Assembly: GCA_963713975.1 (NCBI GenBank)
Contig: OY970218.1
Span: forward strand, 736,001 to 800,000
DNA from: an uncultured Chloroflexia bacterium
Lineage (GTDB): Bacteria > Chloroflexota > Limnocylindria > Limnocylindrales > CSP1-4
Length of the DNA stretch: 64,000 bases
Reading direction: 5' to 3'
Shown piece by piece: positions 53,729-63,988 of the stretch. The notes below the pieces were generated by a model. That model worked only from the letters and a program-made list of their open reading frames with translations, was not told where the DNA came from and searched no databases. The position numbers and the translations under genes were made by a program. Every line of letters starts with the position of its first letter. Position 1 is the stretch's first letter.

Positions 53729-54706
53729 GGCCTGACCCGCGCGGCCGCCACGCCACCTGCGGGCCCGGTTTGGCCAGTGCCGGACCAAGTAGTACGCCAC
53801 GTAGGCGTAGGCCGCGCCGGCGATGATGTCCAGCACCCAGTGGTCGGCCGTGTAGACCACCGAGAAGGCGACGATCCCCGCATATCCCAGGGCGAGCCAT
53901 CCGATCCGCCCGAACGCCCGCCGCAGCACGAGGAACGTCAGGACCGGGTAGGCAACGTGGAGCGACGGGAACGCCGCCACTGGGTTCGGATTGACGCTGC
54001 CAAACGCGAGCGAGTAGAGGTAGCGGCCATCGAAGCCGAGCGCCGCCGCCAGCTCCTCGAAGGCGCCGGGCTTGAGGTAGGCGATCACCGGCTGCCCGTC
54101 CGGACCATTGAGCAGTCCCTGGTTCGCCACGTACCACGGCGGCGCGGCCGGCAGCAGCAGGTAGGTGACGAACCCGGCGACCGACAGCAGGATCAGGGAG
54201 GCCACGAAGTCGTAGAACTGGGGCCGCCGCCAGAGCCAGAGGACGAACCCCGTCACCAGCGGCAGGGCGAAGTGGAGCATGTAGACGACGGTCGCCCCGA
54301 TGGCGATCGGGTCGGGACCGGTGACCGGGCGCAGGGCGTCCTGGAGGACCTGGGTGGGGATGCTCCCGAACGCGATCAGCCGCTCGGCCACGAGCAGGTC
54401 GCCGGCGTGGAGCGGCATGCCCGCGTCGTCGGCGATGCCCCGCATCAGCTCGTAGGCCAGCAGCAGGACGATGAACGGGATCCAGTCCCTGAAGAACAGC
54501 CGGCCACGGCCGAGCAGCAGCGCGACCAGGCCGAACGAGACGGCGAGGACGTCTGGCGTGAGCGCGACGCCACCCGCGACCATGAGGACGACCACGAGCA
54601 TCGCGTAGGCGAGCACCCCAACCACCATGTAGCGGTCGTTGCGGCGGGCGAGGGCGCCAATCGGCTCCGTGGACGCGGGCGTGTCGGTGGAGGAGGTTGT
54701 CGCCAT
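53720..54706 (-). CDS. PAP2-superfamily membrane protein (AUR1/IPC-synthase-like)
   Basis: YMLHF, YLLLPAAPPW, AAFPSLHVA, YTADHWVLD, with several TM helices. Confidence 0.85.
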   Translation of the reverse strand: MATTSSTDTPASTEPIGALARRNDRYMVVGVLAYAMLVVVLMVAGGVALTPDVLAVSFGLVALLLGRGRLFFRDWIPFIVLLLAYELMRGIADDAGMPLHAGDLLVAERLIAFGSIPTQVLQDALRPVTGPDPIAIGATVVYMLHFALPLVTGFVLWLWRRPQFYDFVASLILLSVAGFVTYLLLPAAPPWYVANQGLLNGPDGQPVIAYLKPGAFEELAAALGFDGRYLYSLAFGSVNPNPVAAFPSLHVAYPVLTFLVLRRAFGRIGWLALGYAGIVAFSVVYTADHWVLDIIAGAAYAYVAYYLVRHWPNRARRWRGGRAGQASG

Positions 54707-54780
54707 GGGCACGATGACTCTACGCTGAGAGGCCGTCGCCCGACGTGGCCAGTCGAGCGCGCACCGCAAGGAGGCGTCCC

Positions 54781-55125
54781 GTGCAGATCCCCAAGCCGAC
54801 CGATGCCGACAAGGACCGCTTCCGCTCGATCGTGCCCGACGACCCCAGGGTCGTGGTCAAGCCGATGTTCGGCAACCTCGGCGCGTTCGTTCAGGGGAAC
54901 ATGTTCATGGGCCTGTTCGGCGCCGACATCGGGGTGAAGCTGGCACCCGCCGATGCCGAGGCGCTGCGGGCGATCGAGGGCGCCGGTCCGTTCGGGCCGT
55001 CCGAGCGGCCGATGGGCGGCTATGTCACGCTGCCGGCCACGCTCGTCGGGACGCCGGGCGGGGCGCGCTGGGTCGCGGCCGCCCTGGGTCACGTCGCCTC
55101 CCTGCCGCCAAAGGTCCCGAAGTAA
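54781..55125 (+). CDS. TfoX N-terminal-domain protein
   Basis: KPMFG..AFVQGNMF, RPMGGYV, W..AALGHVASLPPK. RBS AAGGAGG. Confidence 0.85.
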   Translation: MQIPKPTDADKDRFRSIVPDDPRVVVKPMFGNLGAFVQGNMFMGLFGADIGVKLAPADAEALRAIEGAGPFGPSERPMGGYVTLPATLVGTPGGARWVAAALGHVASLPPKVPK

Positions 55126-55131
55126 GCCGTT

Positions 55132-55147
55132 GGGCCTGCGAAGGCCC
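55132..55147 (+). terminator. Short hairpin after the TfoX gene
   Basis: gggcct-gcga-aggccc (GNRA loop), no U-tract. Confidence 0.35.
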
Positions 55148-55254
55148 GGGCACCACGCACCGCGAACACGCTTCCGGTTGTAGCATCCCGCCATGTGGCG
55201 CGTCCCCTCGCACTGGCCCATGACCCCGGCTGATGATCCCCACGCGGCTTCGCG

Positions 55255-58122
55255 ATGACGGGGTCGTCCGGACCCCTGACGGCGCTGCCCGCTCCCGGGG
55301 TGGGATCACCCCCATCGGCGGCCGACCCGGGCTCCCTGTCCACGTTCCTGTTCACGGACATCGAGGGCAGCACGCGCCTGTGGGAGGAGCACGCGGGGCC
55401 CATGGGCGGGGCGCTCGCCCAACACGACCGGCTCCTGCGGGCGGCCATCGAGAACGCCGGGGGCACGCTGATCAAGACGACCGGCGATGGGATGCTGGCC
55501 ATCTTTGGCGACCCGTGCGGGGCCGTCGACGCGGCGTTGGCAGGACAGCGGGCGCTTCGCGACGCACCCTGGGGCGAGACCGGCCAGCTGCGGGTCAGGA
55601 TGGCGCTCCACGCCGGCGTCGCCGAGGCTCGCGACGGGGACTACTTCGGGCCTGCGCTCAACCGCGTCGCGCGCATCCTCGCCATCGGTCACGGCGGCCA
55701 GGTGATCTGCTCTGCGGTGGCGGCGGTCCTCGCCCGAGATCGGCTCGCGTCGTCGATCGGGCTCGTAGACCTCGGCTCCCACCGCCTCCGTGATATCGAC
55801 CGGCCCGAGCAGGTGTTCCAGGTGGTTGTTGACGACCTGCCGCGGGCCTTCCCGCCGCTGCGATCCCTGAGCACGCACCGCTCCAACCTGCCCGTCCAGC
55901 TGACCAGCTTCGTGGGCAGGGAGCGGGAGGTCGACGAGGTGGCGTCGCTGATCGGCCGTCACCGCCTGGTCACGCTCATCGGAACCGGTGGCACCGGCAA
56001 GACCCGCCTCATGCTCGAGGCAGCCGGCCATCTCCTCGATCGCTACCCCGACGGGGTATGGCTGGCGGAGCTGGCGTCCCTGGGCGATCCGTCTCAGATC
56101 CCGTCCGAGGTCGCGCGGGCGCTCGGGGCGCCAGAGGTCCCCGGGATCCCGGCGATCACGACGATCACCGCGTTCGTGGCTGAGAAGGAGCTCCTGCTCC
56201 TGCTCGACAACGCGGAGCACCTGGTCGACGGCACGGCCCGCCTTGCCAAGCGTCTGCTCGGGGGCGCGTCCGGCCTCCGCATCCTGACCACGAGCCGGGA
56301 GGCGCTCGCCGTGACGGGCGAGGCGGTCCTCCAGCTCCAGTCGCTCTCCTGCCCTGCGGCGGCCGGAAGGTCGGGCGGGTTCGCCGATCCAGGCTTCGAC
56401 CTCGCAGACGCCTCGTCGACCGAGGCCGTCCGGTTGTTCGTCGAGCGCGCAGCGGCCGTGGACCCATCCTTCGTCCTCAGCCAGGCGAATGTGGCCTCGG
56501 TCGTGGAGATCTGCCGGCGCCTCGACGGGATCCCGCTCGCCATCGAGCTGGCGGCGGCACGGGTGTCGGCCATGTCGCCGGACGACATCGCGAGGCGCCT
56601 GGGCGACCGGTTCCGACTGCTTGCCGGCGGCCGGCGGACGGCTGTCCCGCGCCAGCAGACGCTCCATGCCCTCATCGATTGGAGTTGGGACCTGCTGACC
56701 GAGGAGGACCGTCGCCTCCTCCGGCGCCTGTCGGTGTTCACGGGCGGCTGGGATGTGCCGATGGCCGCCCGCATCGTCGGTGACGGCCCCGACGAGATGG
56801 ACACGCTGGACCTCGTGGACGGCCTCACGCGGCTCGTCGATCGCTCGCTGGTGATCGTGGATCGTGGCGCGACGACGCGCTACCGGATGCTCGAGACGAT
56901 CCGCCAGTACGCCCGCGAGCAGCTCATCGCGGCCGGCGAGGCGGCCACCGTCTCGGACCGGCACCTGGCCGTGTTCGCCGACCTGGCCATCGGGGCCGAG
57001 CGTCCGCTCCGGGGCCCGGCGATGGTGGACTGGCTCGATCGCCTCGACGCCGAACTGGACAACCTGGGCGCCGCCCTGGAGTGGGCCCTCGAGGCTGCTC
57101 CGTGGGCGGCCGTCCAGATGGCGACCGCGCTGCTCGGCTACTGGGCGGTCCGGGTCATGTCCCAGGACAACGACGCAAGGATCGAGGCGGCCGTCACGAT
57201 CGCGAGGGACCGCGTCGCCGACCCGGCCGGGGTCGATCCGGCCGACCAGGCGCTGACCGCGAGGCTCCTCGGCGAGGCTGCGAGGCTGTGGGCGATGTCG
57301 GGACGCGCGTCCACGGGACTGTCCTGGGCAGAGGAGGCGGTCGTCCTCGCCGACGCGAGCGGGGATGCCACGGCCCGCCTGTATGCCGTCGTCGGCCTCG
57401 CCGTCTCGACCGTGTTCTCGGGACGGTCCGGCGAGCAAGGCGCGCGTGTGCGACCCGTCTTCGAGACGGTCATGGGTCTGGCCGACCAGACCGGCGAGTG
57501 GTGGCTCCTGGCGTTCGCCGCGGGCTTCGCCGGTACCAGCCTGGGCGGCTTCGACCCGGAGACCGGCGCGGCCCTGCTCGAGCGCGGTGTGGCGGCGGCC
57601 TACCGGTCCGGGAGCCCGTACGCGATCGGGGCGACGTCGATGGCACAGGGCCGGACGTTCGGCCGTGAAGGGCGGACGGACGACGCCGTCGTCGCGTTTG
57701 GCGTGGCGATCCAGCGCTTCATGGAGCTCGGCGACGAGCGGTTCGTCCTCGCATCACGGAGCGACCTCGCCCATGCGCTTCGCCGAGGGGGCCGCCTTGA
57801 CGAGGCACTCCCGCTGTACCACGAGACCATCGGCGGCTGGGTCTACCTCGGGCACAGGGGCGCGATCGCGAACCAGCTGGAGAACATCGCGTACATCGAT
57901 ATCGAGCGGGGCAACGCGCACCGGGCCGTCCGCCTGCTCGGCGCCTCGGACGCGATGCGGGAGGATGCGGGGGCACGCATGGCCTTCGACGAAGAGCCCG
58001 AGCATGTCACCGAGCTGGAGCGGCTGCGCGCCGCCCTGACCCCAGGTGAGTTCGAGTCCGGGTGGGCGGCCGGCCGGGCGCTCTCGCAGTCCGATGCGGT
58101 GGCGCTCGCGACCAGCAGCTGA
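55255..58122 (+). CDS. Class III adenylate/guanylate cyclase - STAND NTPase - TPR-like protein
   Basis: FTDIEGST, KTTGDG, DYFGPALNRVAR, Walker A GTGGTGKTRL, LLLLDNAEH, TTSRE, LDGIPLAIELAAAR, YRMLETIRQYA, helical repeat C-terminus. Confidence 0.93.
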   Translation: MTGSSGPLTALPAPGVGSPPSAADPGSLSTFLFTDIEGSTRLWEEHAGPMGGALAQHDRLLRAAIENAGGTLIKTTGDGMLAIFGDPCGAVDAALAGQRALRDAPWGETGQLRVRMALHAGVAEARDGDYFGPALNRVARILAIGHGGQVICSAVAAVLARDRLASSIGLVDLGSHRLRDIDRPEQVFQVVVDDLPRAFPPLRSLSTHRSNLPVQLTSFVGREREVDEVASLIGRHRLVTLIGTGGTGKTRLMLEAAGHLLDRYPDGVWLAELASLGDPSQIPSEVARALGAPEVPGIPAITTITAFVAEKELLLLLDNAEHLVDGTARLAKRLLGGASGLRILTTSREALAVTGEAVLQLQSLSCPAAAGRSGGFADPGFDLADASSTEAVRLFVERAAAVDPSFVLSQANVASVVEICRRLDGIPLAIELAAARVSAMSPDDIARRLGDRFRLLAGGRRTAVPRQQTLHALIDWSWDLLTEEDRRLLRRLSVFTGGWDVPMAARIVGDGPDEMDTLDLVDGLTRLVDRSLVIVDRGATTRYRMLETIRQYAREQLIAAGEAATVSDRHLAVFADLAIGAERPLRGPAMVDWLDRLDAELDNLGAALEWALEAAPWAAVQMATALLGYWAVRVMSQDNDARIEAAVTIARDRVADPAGVDPADQALTARLLGEAARLWAMSGRASTGLSWAEEAVVLADASGDATARLYAVVGLAVSTVFSGRSGEQGARVRPVFETVMGLADQTGEWWLLAFAAGFAGTSLGGFDPETGAALLERGVAAAYRSGSPYAIGATSMAQGRTFGREGRTDDAVVAFGVAIQRFMELGDERFVLASRSDLAHALRRGGRLDEALPLYHETIGGWVYLGHRGAIANQLENIAYIDIERGNAHRAVRLLGASDAMREDAGARMAFDEEPEHVTELERLRAALTPGEFESGWAAGRALSQSDAVALATSS

Positions 58123-58147
58123 CGCCGGCCGGTGGACGGGCCGGGGA

Positions 58148-58954
58148 TCAGCCGGCCGGTTGCTCCGGCGTGACGGGGTCTGTCACCGGCGAGACCAGCG
58201 AGCCGAGCTCATCGGGATCCACGGGACTGTCCTCGGCCTGGGCGTCGACGGGTTGCACGGGCGGCGGCGGGGGCTCGGCCGGCGGCGGGGGCGGCGGCGG
58301 CGTGCCCGCTGGCGGCGGCGGCGTGCCCGCTGGCGGCGGCGGCGTGCCCGCTGGCGGCGGCGGCGTGCCCGCTGGCGGCGGCGGCGTGCCCGGCGGCGGC
58401 GGCGTGCCCGCTGGCGGCGGGCCGCCTCGCGAGCGCAGCCACGCATAGGCAAGAAGCCCTCCGCCGACGGCGGCGAGGATCACGAGCAGCAGGAGGCCGA
58501 GTCCGCCGCTGCCCGTGTCGTCCGAGCCCGAGCCAGGCGCCGCGCTCGCGGTGGGCGTGGGCTCGACGGTAGAGGTGGCGGTTGGTTTCGCGGTCGGCTC
58601 TTGTGTCGGCTCGGCGGTCGGCTCCGGCGTCGGCTCCGGCGTCGGCTTCGGGGTCGGCTTCTCGGTTGGTTCCGGCGTCGGCTCCGCGGTTGGTTCCGGC
58701 GTCGGCTCCGCGGTTGGTTCCGGGGTCGGCTTCTCGGTGGGCTCGGGCGTGGGTTCCGCCGTTGGCTCCGGCGGCCTGGTGGGAATCTCGATCGACGGCA
58801 GCGCGATCGACGGCAGCGCGCCTGACGGCAGCGCGCCAGACGGCAGCTCGATCGGAGGGAGGGTCCCATCGCACGCTCCGAGAAGGACGGCGAGTGCGGC
58901 CACAAGGGCTACTACGCCACCCACGCGACCTCGACGCTTCGAGTTGGCAGCCAT
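58148..58954 (-). CDS. Pro/Thr-rich low-complexity protein, predicted lipoprotein with a second TM anchor
   Basis: Basic N-terminus, hydrophobic stretch and LLGAC. LPSxA repeats, TPEPTAEP repeats, TM segment ([22 protein letters not shown]), then a PPPPAGT-repeat tail. Confidence 0.7.
   Translation of the reverse strand: MAANSKRRGRVGGVVALVAALAVLLGACDGTLPPIELPSGALPSGALPSIALPSIEIPTRPPEPTAEPTPEPTEKPTPEPTAEPTPEPTAEPTPEPTEKPTPKPTPEPTPEPTAEPTQEPTAKPTATSTVEPTPTASAAPGSGSDDTGSGGLGLLLLVILAAVGGGLLAYAWLRSRGGPPPAGTPPPPGTPPPPAGTPPPPAGTPPPPAGTPPPPAGTPPPPPPPAEPPPPPVQPVDAQAEDSPVDPDELGSLVSPVTDPVTPEQPAG
58290..58420 (+). repeat. 21-bp tandem repeat, about 6 copies (one is 18 bp)
   Basis: Unit ggcggcggcggcgtgcccgct, encoding AGTPPPP on the minus strand. 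Confidence 0.92.
58604..58770 (+). repeat. Degenerate 12/24-bp coding tandem repeats (PT-x-E/K)
   Basis: For example ggttggttccggcgtcggctccgc is repeated, encoding [16 protein letters not shown]. Confidence 0.8.
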
Positions 58955-59076
58955 CAGGAGAAGCCTCGCTACAGCGGGGCGCCGGGACAGCCACCCGCGG
59001 GGTTTGGGAACGCCGATCAGGGACGGAATCGTACCCCGGACCCGCGGACGCGGCACCTGGCGAGCAGGTGCCAGGC

Positions 59077-59170
59077 CCGGCGGGTACCCGCACGGCTGGT
59101 GCTGGTCGACGATGCCGGCTTCGGCAACCCGAGCGCGTTCGACGGCCCGATCCAGACCACGGACTACACC
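59077..59170 (+). pseudogene. Tiny remnant of an arylsulfatase gene
   Basis: Reads [25 protein letters not shown], matching the sulfatase N-terminal motif (PNxxxxxxDDxGxG...FGGPIxTP). Similarity ends at once and there is no CxPxR motif. Confidence 0.55.
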
Positions 59171-59211
59171 GCGGCTCCCGGGAACGCGACCATGATCCGA
59201 CCCGCGAGCGG

Positions 59212-60687
59212 CTACGCCTCCAGCACCGCGCCGCGGACCCGCCGGGGACCGGCGACCCAGAGGGCGACCGACCACAGGACGAGCGCGGCGAGCACCACGG
59301 GGATGAGCGGCGCGTACGACCCGGTCGAATCCAGCGCGATTGCCCCGAGGTAGACGGCGAACGTCCCCCCGATCGGGTAGGCCACGGCGAGGAGCCCAAA
59401 GATCGTCCCGAAGTTGGGGCCACCGAACACGTCCCCGAAGGCCGCCGAACGGACGGCAATGGTCGCCCCGGTGCCGATCCCGTGGACGATGATCCCGACG
59501 ACTGCGATCGTCGGGGCCGCTCCAACCATGCCGAGCGCCGCGATCACGCCACCGCCGACGGCCGCCGCCGCAGTGACCCCGACAATCCGGCGGCCGACGT
59601 GGTCGGACAGCCAGCCGCCGACGATCTGGCCGCCGACGTAGGCGAGCGACTGGAGGCCGAGCGCCGTCGCAGCCCACCCGACCCCGAGCCCGCTCTGCAC
59701 GGCGCCCGGGATGAACGCCTGGAGGACGCCCTCGTCGAAGACCCCGATCGCCGCCGCGCCGGCGAACAGGATCCAGAAGCGGCGCGTCCGCACCACGCGC
59801 CTGATGCCCCTGGGGTGCTCGCCGCTCCCGACCGGCTGGATCTCGCGGGCGGCCGACACCGCTCCCGGCGCCGAGACCTCGTGGAGGCCGGTGGCGTGGG
59901 CCGCCTGGGCCGACTCCGTCTCCCGGACGTCGAGCTGGCCCGCGCTCAGGGGTTCGCCGATGGCCAGGGACGGCCCGGCGGTCGACCGCGACCGTCCGAC
60001 GGGGATCGCAGCGGGCGCGCCAAGGGCGGCGGTCGACGGGGCGGCACTTCGCACGTCGGCAGGGGCCGTCACCCGTCGGCGGTTCGCCCGGCGACCCGGC
60101 ACGATGATCGCGGGGCCGCTCGTCATGAGCCACACGAACACCACGCCGACGAGGCAGGACGCGATGAACACCAGCGACGTGGAGCGCCATCCGGCGGTGG
60201 CGATCAGGCCGGCCGCCACGGGCAGCGCGATCGCCACTCCGATCCCGGGGCCCGCATACGCGATCCCCAGGGCGAGTCCCGACATCCCCTCGTAGCGGCG
60301 GGCGATCGCCGTCGACGTTCCGATGAACGAGAGTTGCAGCCCGAGCGCCATGAACACGGCGTAGGCGAGGATGACGAGCGAGATGTCCCGGGCGAGATAG
60401 ATCGCGAGCCACCCCGCCGCCAGCAGCACCATCGACGCCGTGAGCAGGTCCCGATCCGCCCATTCGTCATAGGCGCGGCCCAGGAGCGGGCTCGCGACGG
60501 CCGTCACCACCAGGAACATCGTCCACGGGGTCACGGCCAGGGTGCGGCTGATCCCGAACTCCTCGGCGAACGCGACCGACAGGGCCGGGAACGTGTACAG
60601 GCCGCCGTACGCGATCGCGCCCACCACGAAGGCGCCGATGAGCGGGAGTGACACGCGGGTTGCCCGGCGGGCGATCGGGAGGGCCAT
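59212..60687 (-). CDS. MFS transporter with a long central loop
   Basis: 2x6 TM helices, [27 protein letters not shown] 7 nt before ATG. Confidence 0.88.
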   Translation of the reverse strand: MALPIARRATRVSLPLIGAFVVGAIAYGGLYTFPALSVAFAEEFGISRTLAVTPWTMFLVVTAVASPLLGRAYDEWADRDLLTASMVLLAAGWLAIYLARDISLVILAYAVFMALGLQLSFIGTSTAIARRYEGMSGLALGIAYAGPGIGVAIALPVAAGLIATAGWRSTSLVFIASCLVGVVFVWLMTSGPAIIVPGRRANRRRVTAPADVRSAAPSTAALGAPAAIPVGRSRSTAGPSLAIGEPLSAGQLDVRETESAQAAHATGLHEVSAPGAVSAAREIQPVGSGEHPRGIRRVVRTRRFWILFAGAAAIGVFDEGVLQAFIPGAVQSGLGVGWAATALGLQSLAYVGGQIVGGWLSDHVGRRIVGVTAAAAVGGGVIAALGMVGAAPTIAVVGIIVHGIGTGATIAVRSAAFGDVFGGPNFGTIFGLLAVAYPIGGTFAVYLGAIALDSTGSYAPLIPVVLAALVLWSVALWVAGPRRVRGAVLEA

Positions 60688-60983
60688 CACCACCATCGTA
60701 CGGGGCGCCGGTCGTTGCGGCCTGGGTCGAACTTGGACTAGTCCGCTATCTCAAGCGCAACCGAACCGGTACCCCTCCCGTGCTTGTCCGAAACGACGAG
60801 CTGAACGAGGATGTGACCACGGTCGGCTTCGTCCCCCAGACCTGGTGGGCGGCCGTCCGGGCTGTGGATCCTGCGCCAGGTGCGCACAGTTGGGCCACGG
60901 CGGTCCGCTCCTGGCGGATTGACCTCGCTCGCGCCACCGGCCGGGCTTCGGCAGTCCAGGGGCCAGGGGCCGAGGTACATGCC

Positions 60984-61232
60984 ATGCACGACGATTCCGT
61001 CCTGGTCGCCATCGACGCGGCCCTCCGTTCCCCCGCCTTCTGCGCCTGTGGGAACAACCTCACTATCGCCCTCCACGACGACGCAGCGTGGCTCGAGTGC
61101 GCGTCGCTCTCCGAGCCGACCCGCCTGCCGGCGCCACTCGCGAAGGTGGTGCGCACGATGCTGCACGACCGCCGGTACGTCATCGAGGTGCCGCCCATGG
61201 TCGCACCTGCCGAGCCGCGCCTGGCCGCCTGA
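60984..61232 (+). CDS. Small hypothetical Cys/His protein (start may be the GTG at 60813)
   Basis: GAGGT before ATG. FCACGNNL...WLEC...LHDRR. Confidence 0.5.
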   Translation: MHDDSVLVAIDAALRSPAFCACGNNLTIALHDDAAWLECASLSEPTRLPAPLAKVVRTMLHDRRYVIEVPPMVAPAEPRLAA

Positions 61233-61253
61233 GCCGCCGGGGCGGGCGATGGC

Positions 61254-61403
61254 GCGCCGCTGGGCGGCTGAACCGTCGGGTGTGGTGCGGTTTGCGCCCC
61301 TTGGCGTCACGCCTGTCGGGTGGGAGGGGCACGGGAGCCGATGATCGTGCCGCTCAGCGGCTAGAACCGCGGTTGAACCGACCGTTGAACCGCTGGGAGG
61401 CAC
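61254..61403 (+). repeat. Dispersed intergenic palindromic repeat, copy 4 of 4
   Basis: Core 61258-61400 (143 bp). Contains GAACCG three times at 12-bp spacing near its 3' end. Confidence 0.88.
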
Positions 61404-61533
61404 CGATCGCCTAGCGGGTTCGGGACGGCGGCGGGGCGTTGGGCCACCGAGCCGGGGGCGGAGCCTCGTTTGCCGCGCCGCGCCGTCTGGCCGCCTGACC
61501 TCTCCGCGTTGGTCCCGTCCTGAGGTAGCCTGA

Positions 61534-62943
<1,410 letters not shown>

Positions 62944-63007
62944 GCCGGCGGTGTCGGTCCCTCGCGCGCCGGCGGCGCCCGGTCGACGTCGCGTGGTCGA
63001 CCCGGGG

Positions 63008-63445
63008 TCAGGCGAGGCGCTCCAGCACCACGACCGGGATCACCCGGGTCGTCCGCTCCTGGTAGTCGCCGAAGGCCGGATACCCGGCGGCGTGCGCCGC
63101 GTACAGCCGGTCGCGCTCTGAGCCCTCGACCACCGAGGCGCGTGCCCGGACCGTCTCGGTCCCGATCTCAACGGTGACGACCGGGTCCGCCAGGAGATTG
63201 AGGTACCAGGCCGGGTGCTCCGGCGCCCCGCCCTTGGACGCGACGATGACGATCCGGTCGCCGTCCCGGGTGTAGACGAGCGGAGCAAGGCGAGGGTCGC
63301 CGCTCCTGGCACCGGTCGTCGTGAGCAGCAGGAGGTCACGGCCCAGGAACGGTCCTGACGTGACCTTGCCGCCGTTGGCGCGGAAGTCGGCGACGAGGGC
63401 GCTGGTGAAGTCCGCGTAGGCGGCTCGAGGGTCGATAGTTGTCAT
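63008..63445 (-). CDS. Deazaflavin (F420)-dependent nitroreductase family (Ddn-like)
   Basis: FRANGGKV, LLLTTTGARSG, VASKGGAPEHPAWYLNL, YQERTTRVIPVVVL. Confidence 0.93.
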   Translation of the reverse strand: MTTIDPRAAYADFTSALVADFRANGGKVTSGPFLGRDLLLLTTTGARSGDPRLAPLVYTRDGDRIVIVASKGGAPEHPAWYLNLLADPVVTVEIGTETVRARASVVEGSERDRLYAAHAAGYPAFGDYQERTTRVIPVVVLERLA

Positions 63446-63530
63446 GGCAACTATCGTACGCCCTGACCGGCACTCACGGCCATGCGGAGCCCGCAGGTGC
63501 GGATGCTCCTCCGCGATGGTGACCGTCCGT

Positions 63531-63548
63531 GCCCCGCGCAAGCGGGGC
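63531..63548 (-). terminator. Hairpin directly after the lipoprotein stop codon
   Basis: gccccgc-gcaa-gcggggc. Confidence 0.4.
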
Positions 63549-63550
63549 GA

Positions 63551-63988
63551 TCAGAAGCCGTTTGCGAAGCTGTCCGAGTCGATGAGCTTGAGGACGTCAG
63601 TCCGGACGTCGGGGCAGGAGGCCCCTGTCAGTGTGTCCATTGCGGCCGCGTCCGGCAGCATCTGGGCCGGGTTGGCGTCGAGCCAGTTCGCGTAGTCCAT
63701 GGCAAGTTGCGCGACGGCCCCGCCGGCTGATCCGGCCGCCGCCATAAGCGGGACCTCTGACGTGAGGAAGGCGCAGAGAGCCGCCCCGTCCCCGACGGCG
63801 GCGGCCGACGGCTCGGCGGCGGCGATCGACGGACCGGCCGACGCAATTGGCGTGGGCGCAGCTGGCGACGAAGTGTCAAGGGTCGAGTCGGCGGCGGCGC
63901 CGCCGCAGGCGGCGATCAACACGCTCGCGCAGACAACAAGTGCGGCTGCCGCTGTCCTTCGCGTAGCAGCCACCATGGGACCGGCCAT
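63551..63988 (-). CDS. Hypothetical lipoprotein
   Basis: Lipobox LIAAC, Ser/Pro/Ala linker, small helical domain with two Cys. Confidence 0.65.
   Translation of the reverse strand: MAGPMVAATRRTAAAALVVCASVLIAACGGAAADSTLDTSSPAAPTPIASAGPSIAAAEPSAAAVGDGAALCAFLTSEVPLMAAAGSAGGAVAQLAMDYANWLDANPAQMLPDAAAMDTLTGASCPDVRTDVLKLIDSDSFANGF

Noticed and set aside
58290-58770. Tandem repeats as a CRISPR array
   Set aside because: There are no unique spacers, the units are multiples of 3 inside a coding frame, and no cas genes are present.
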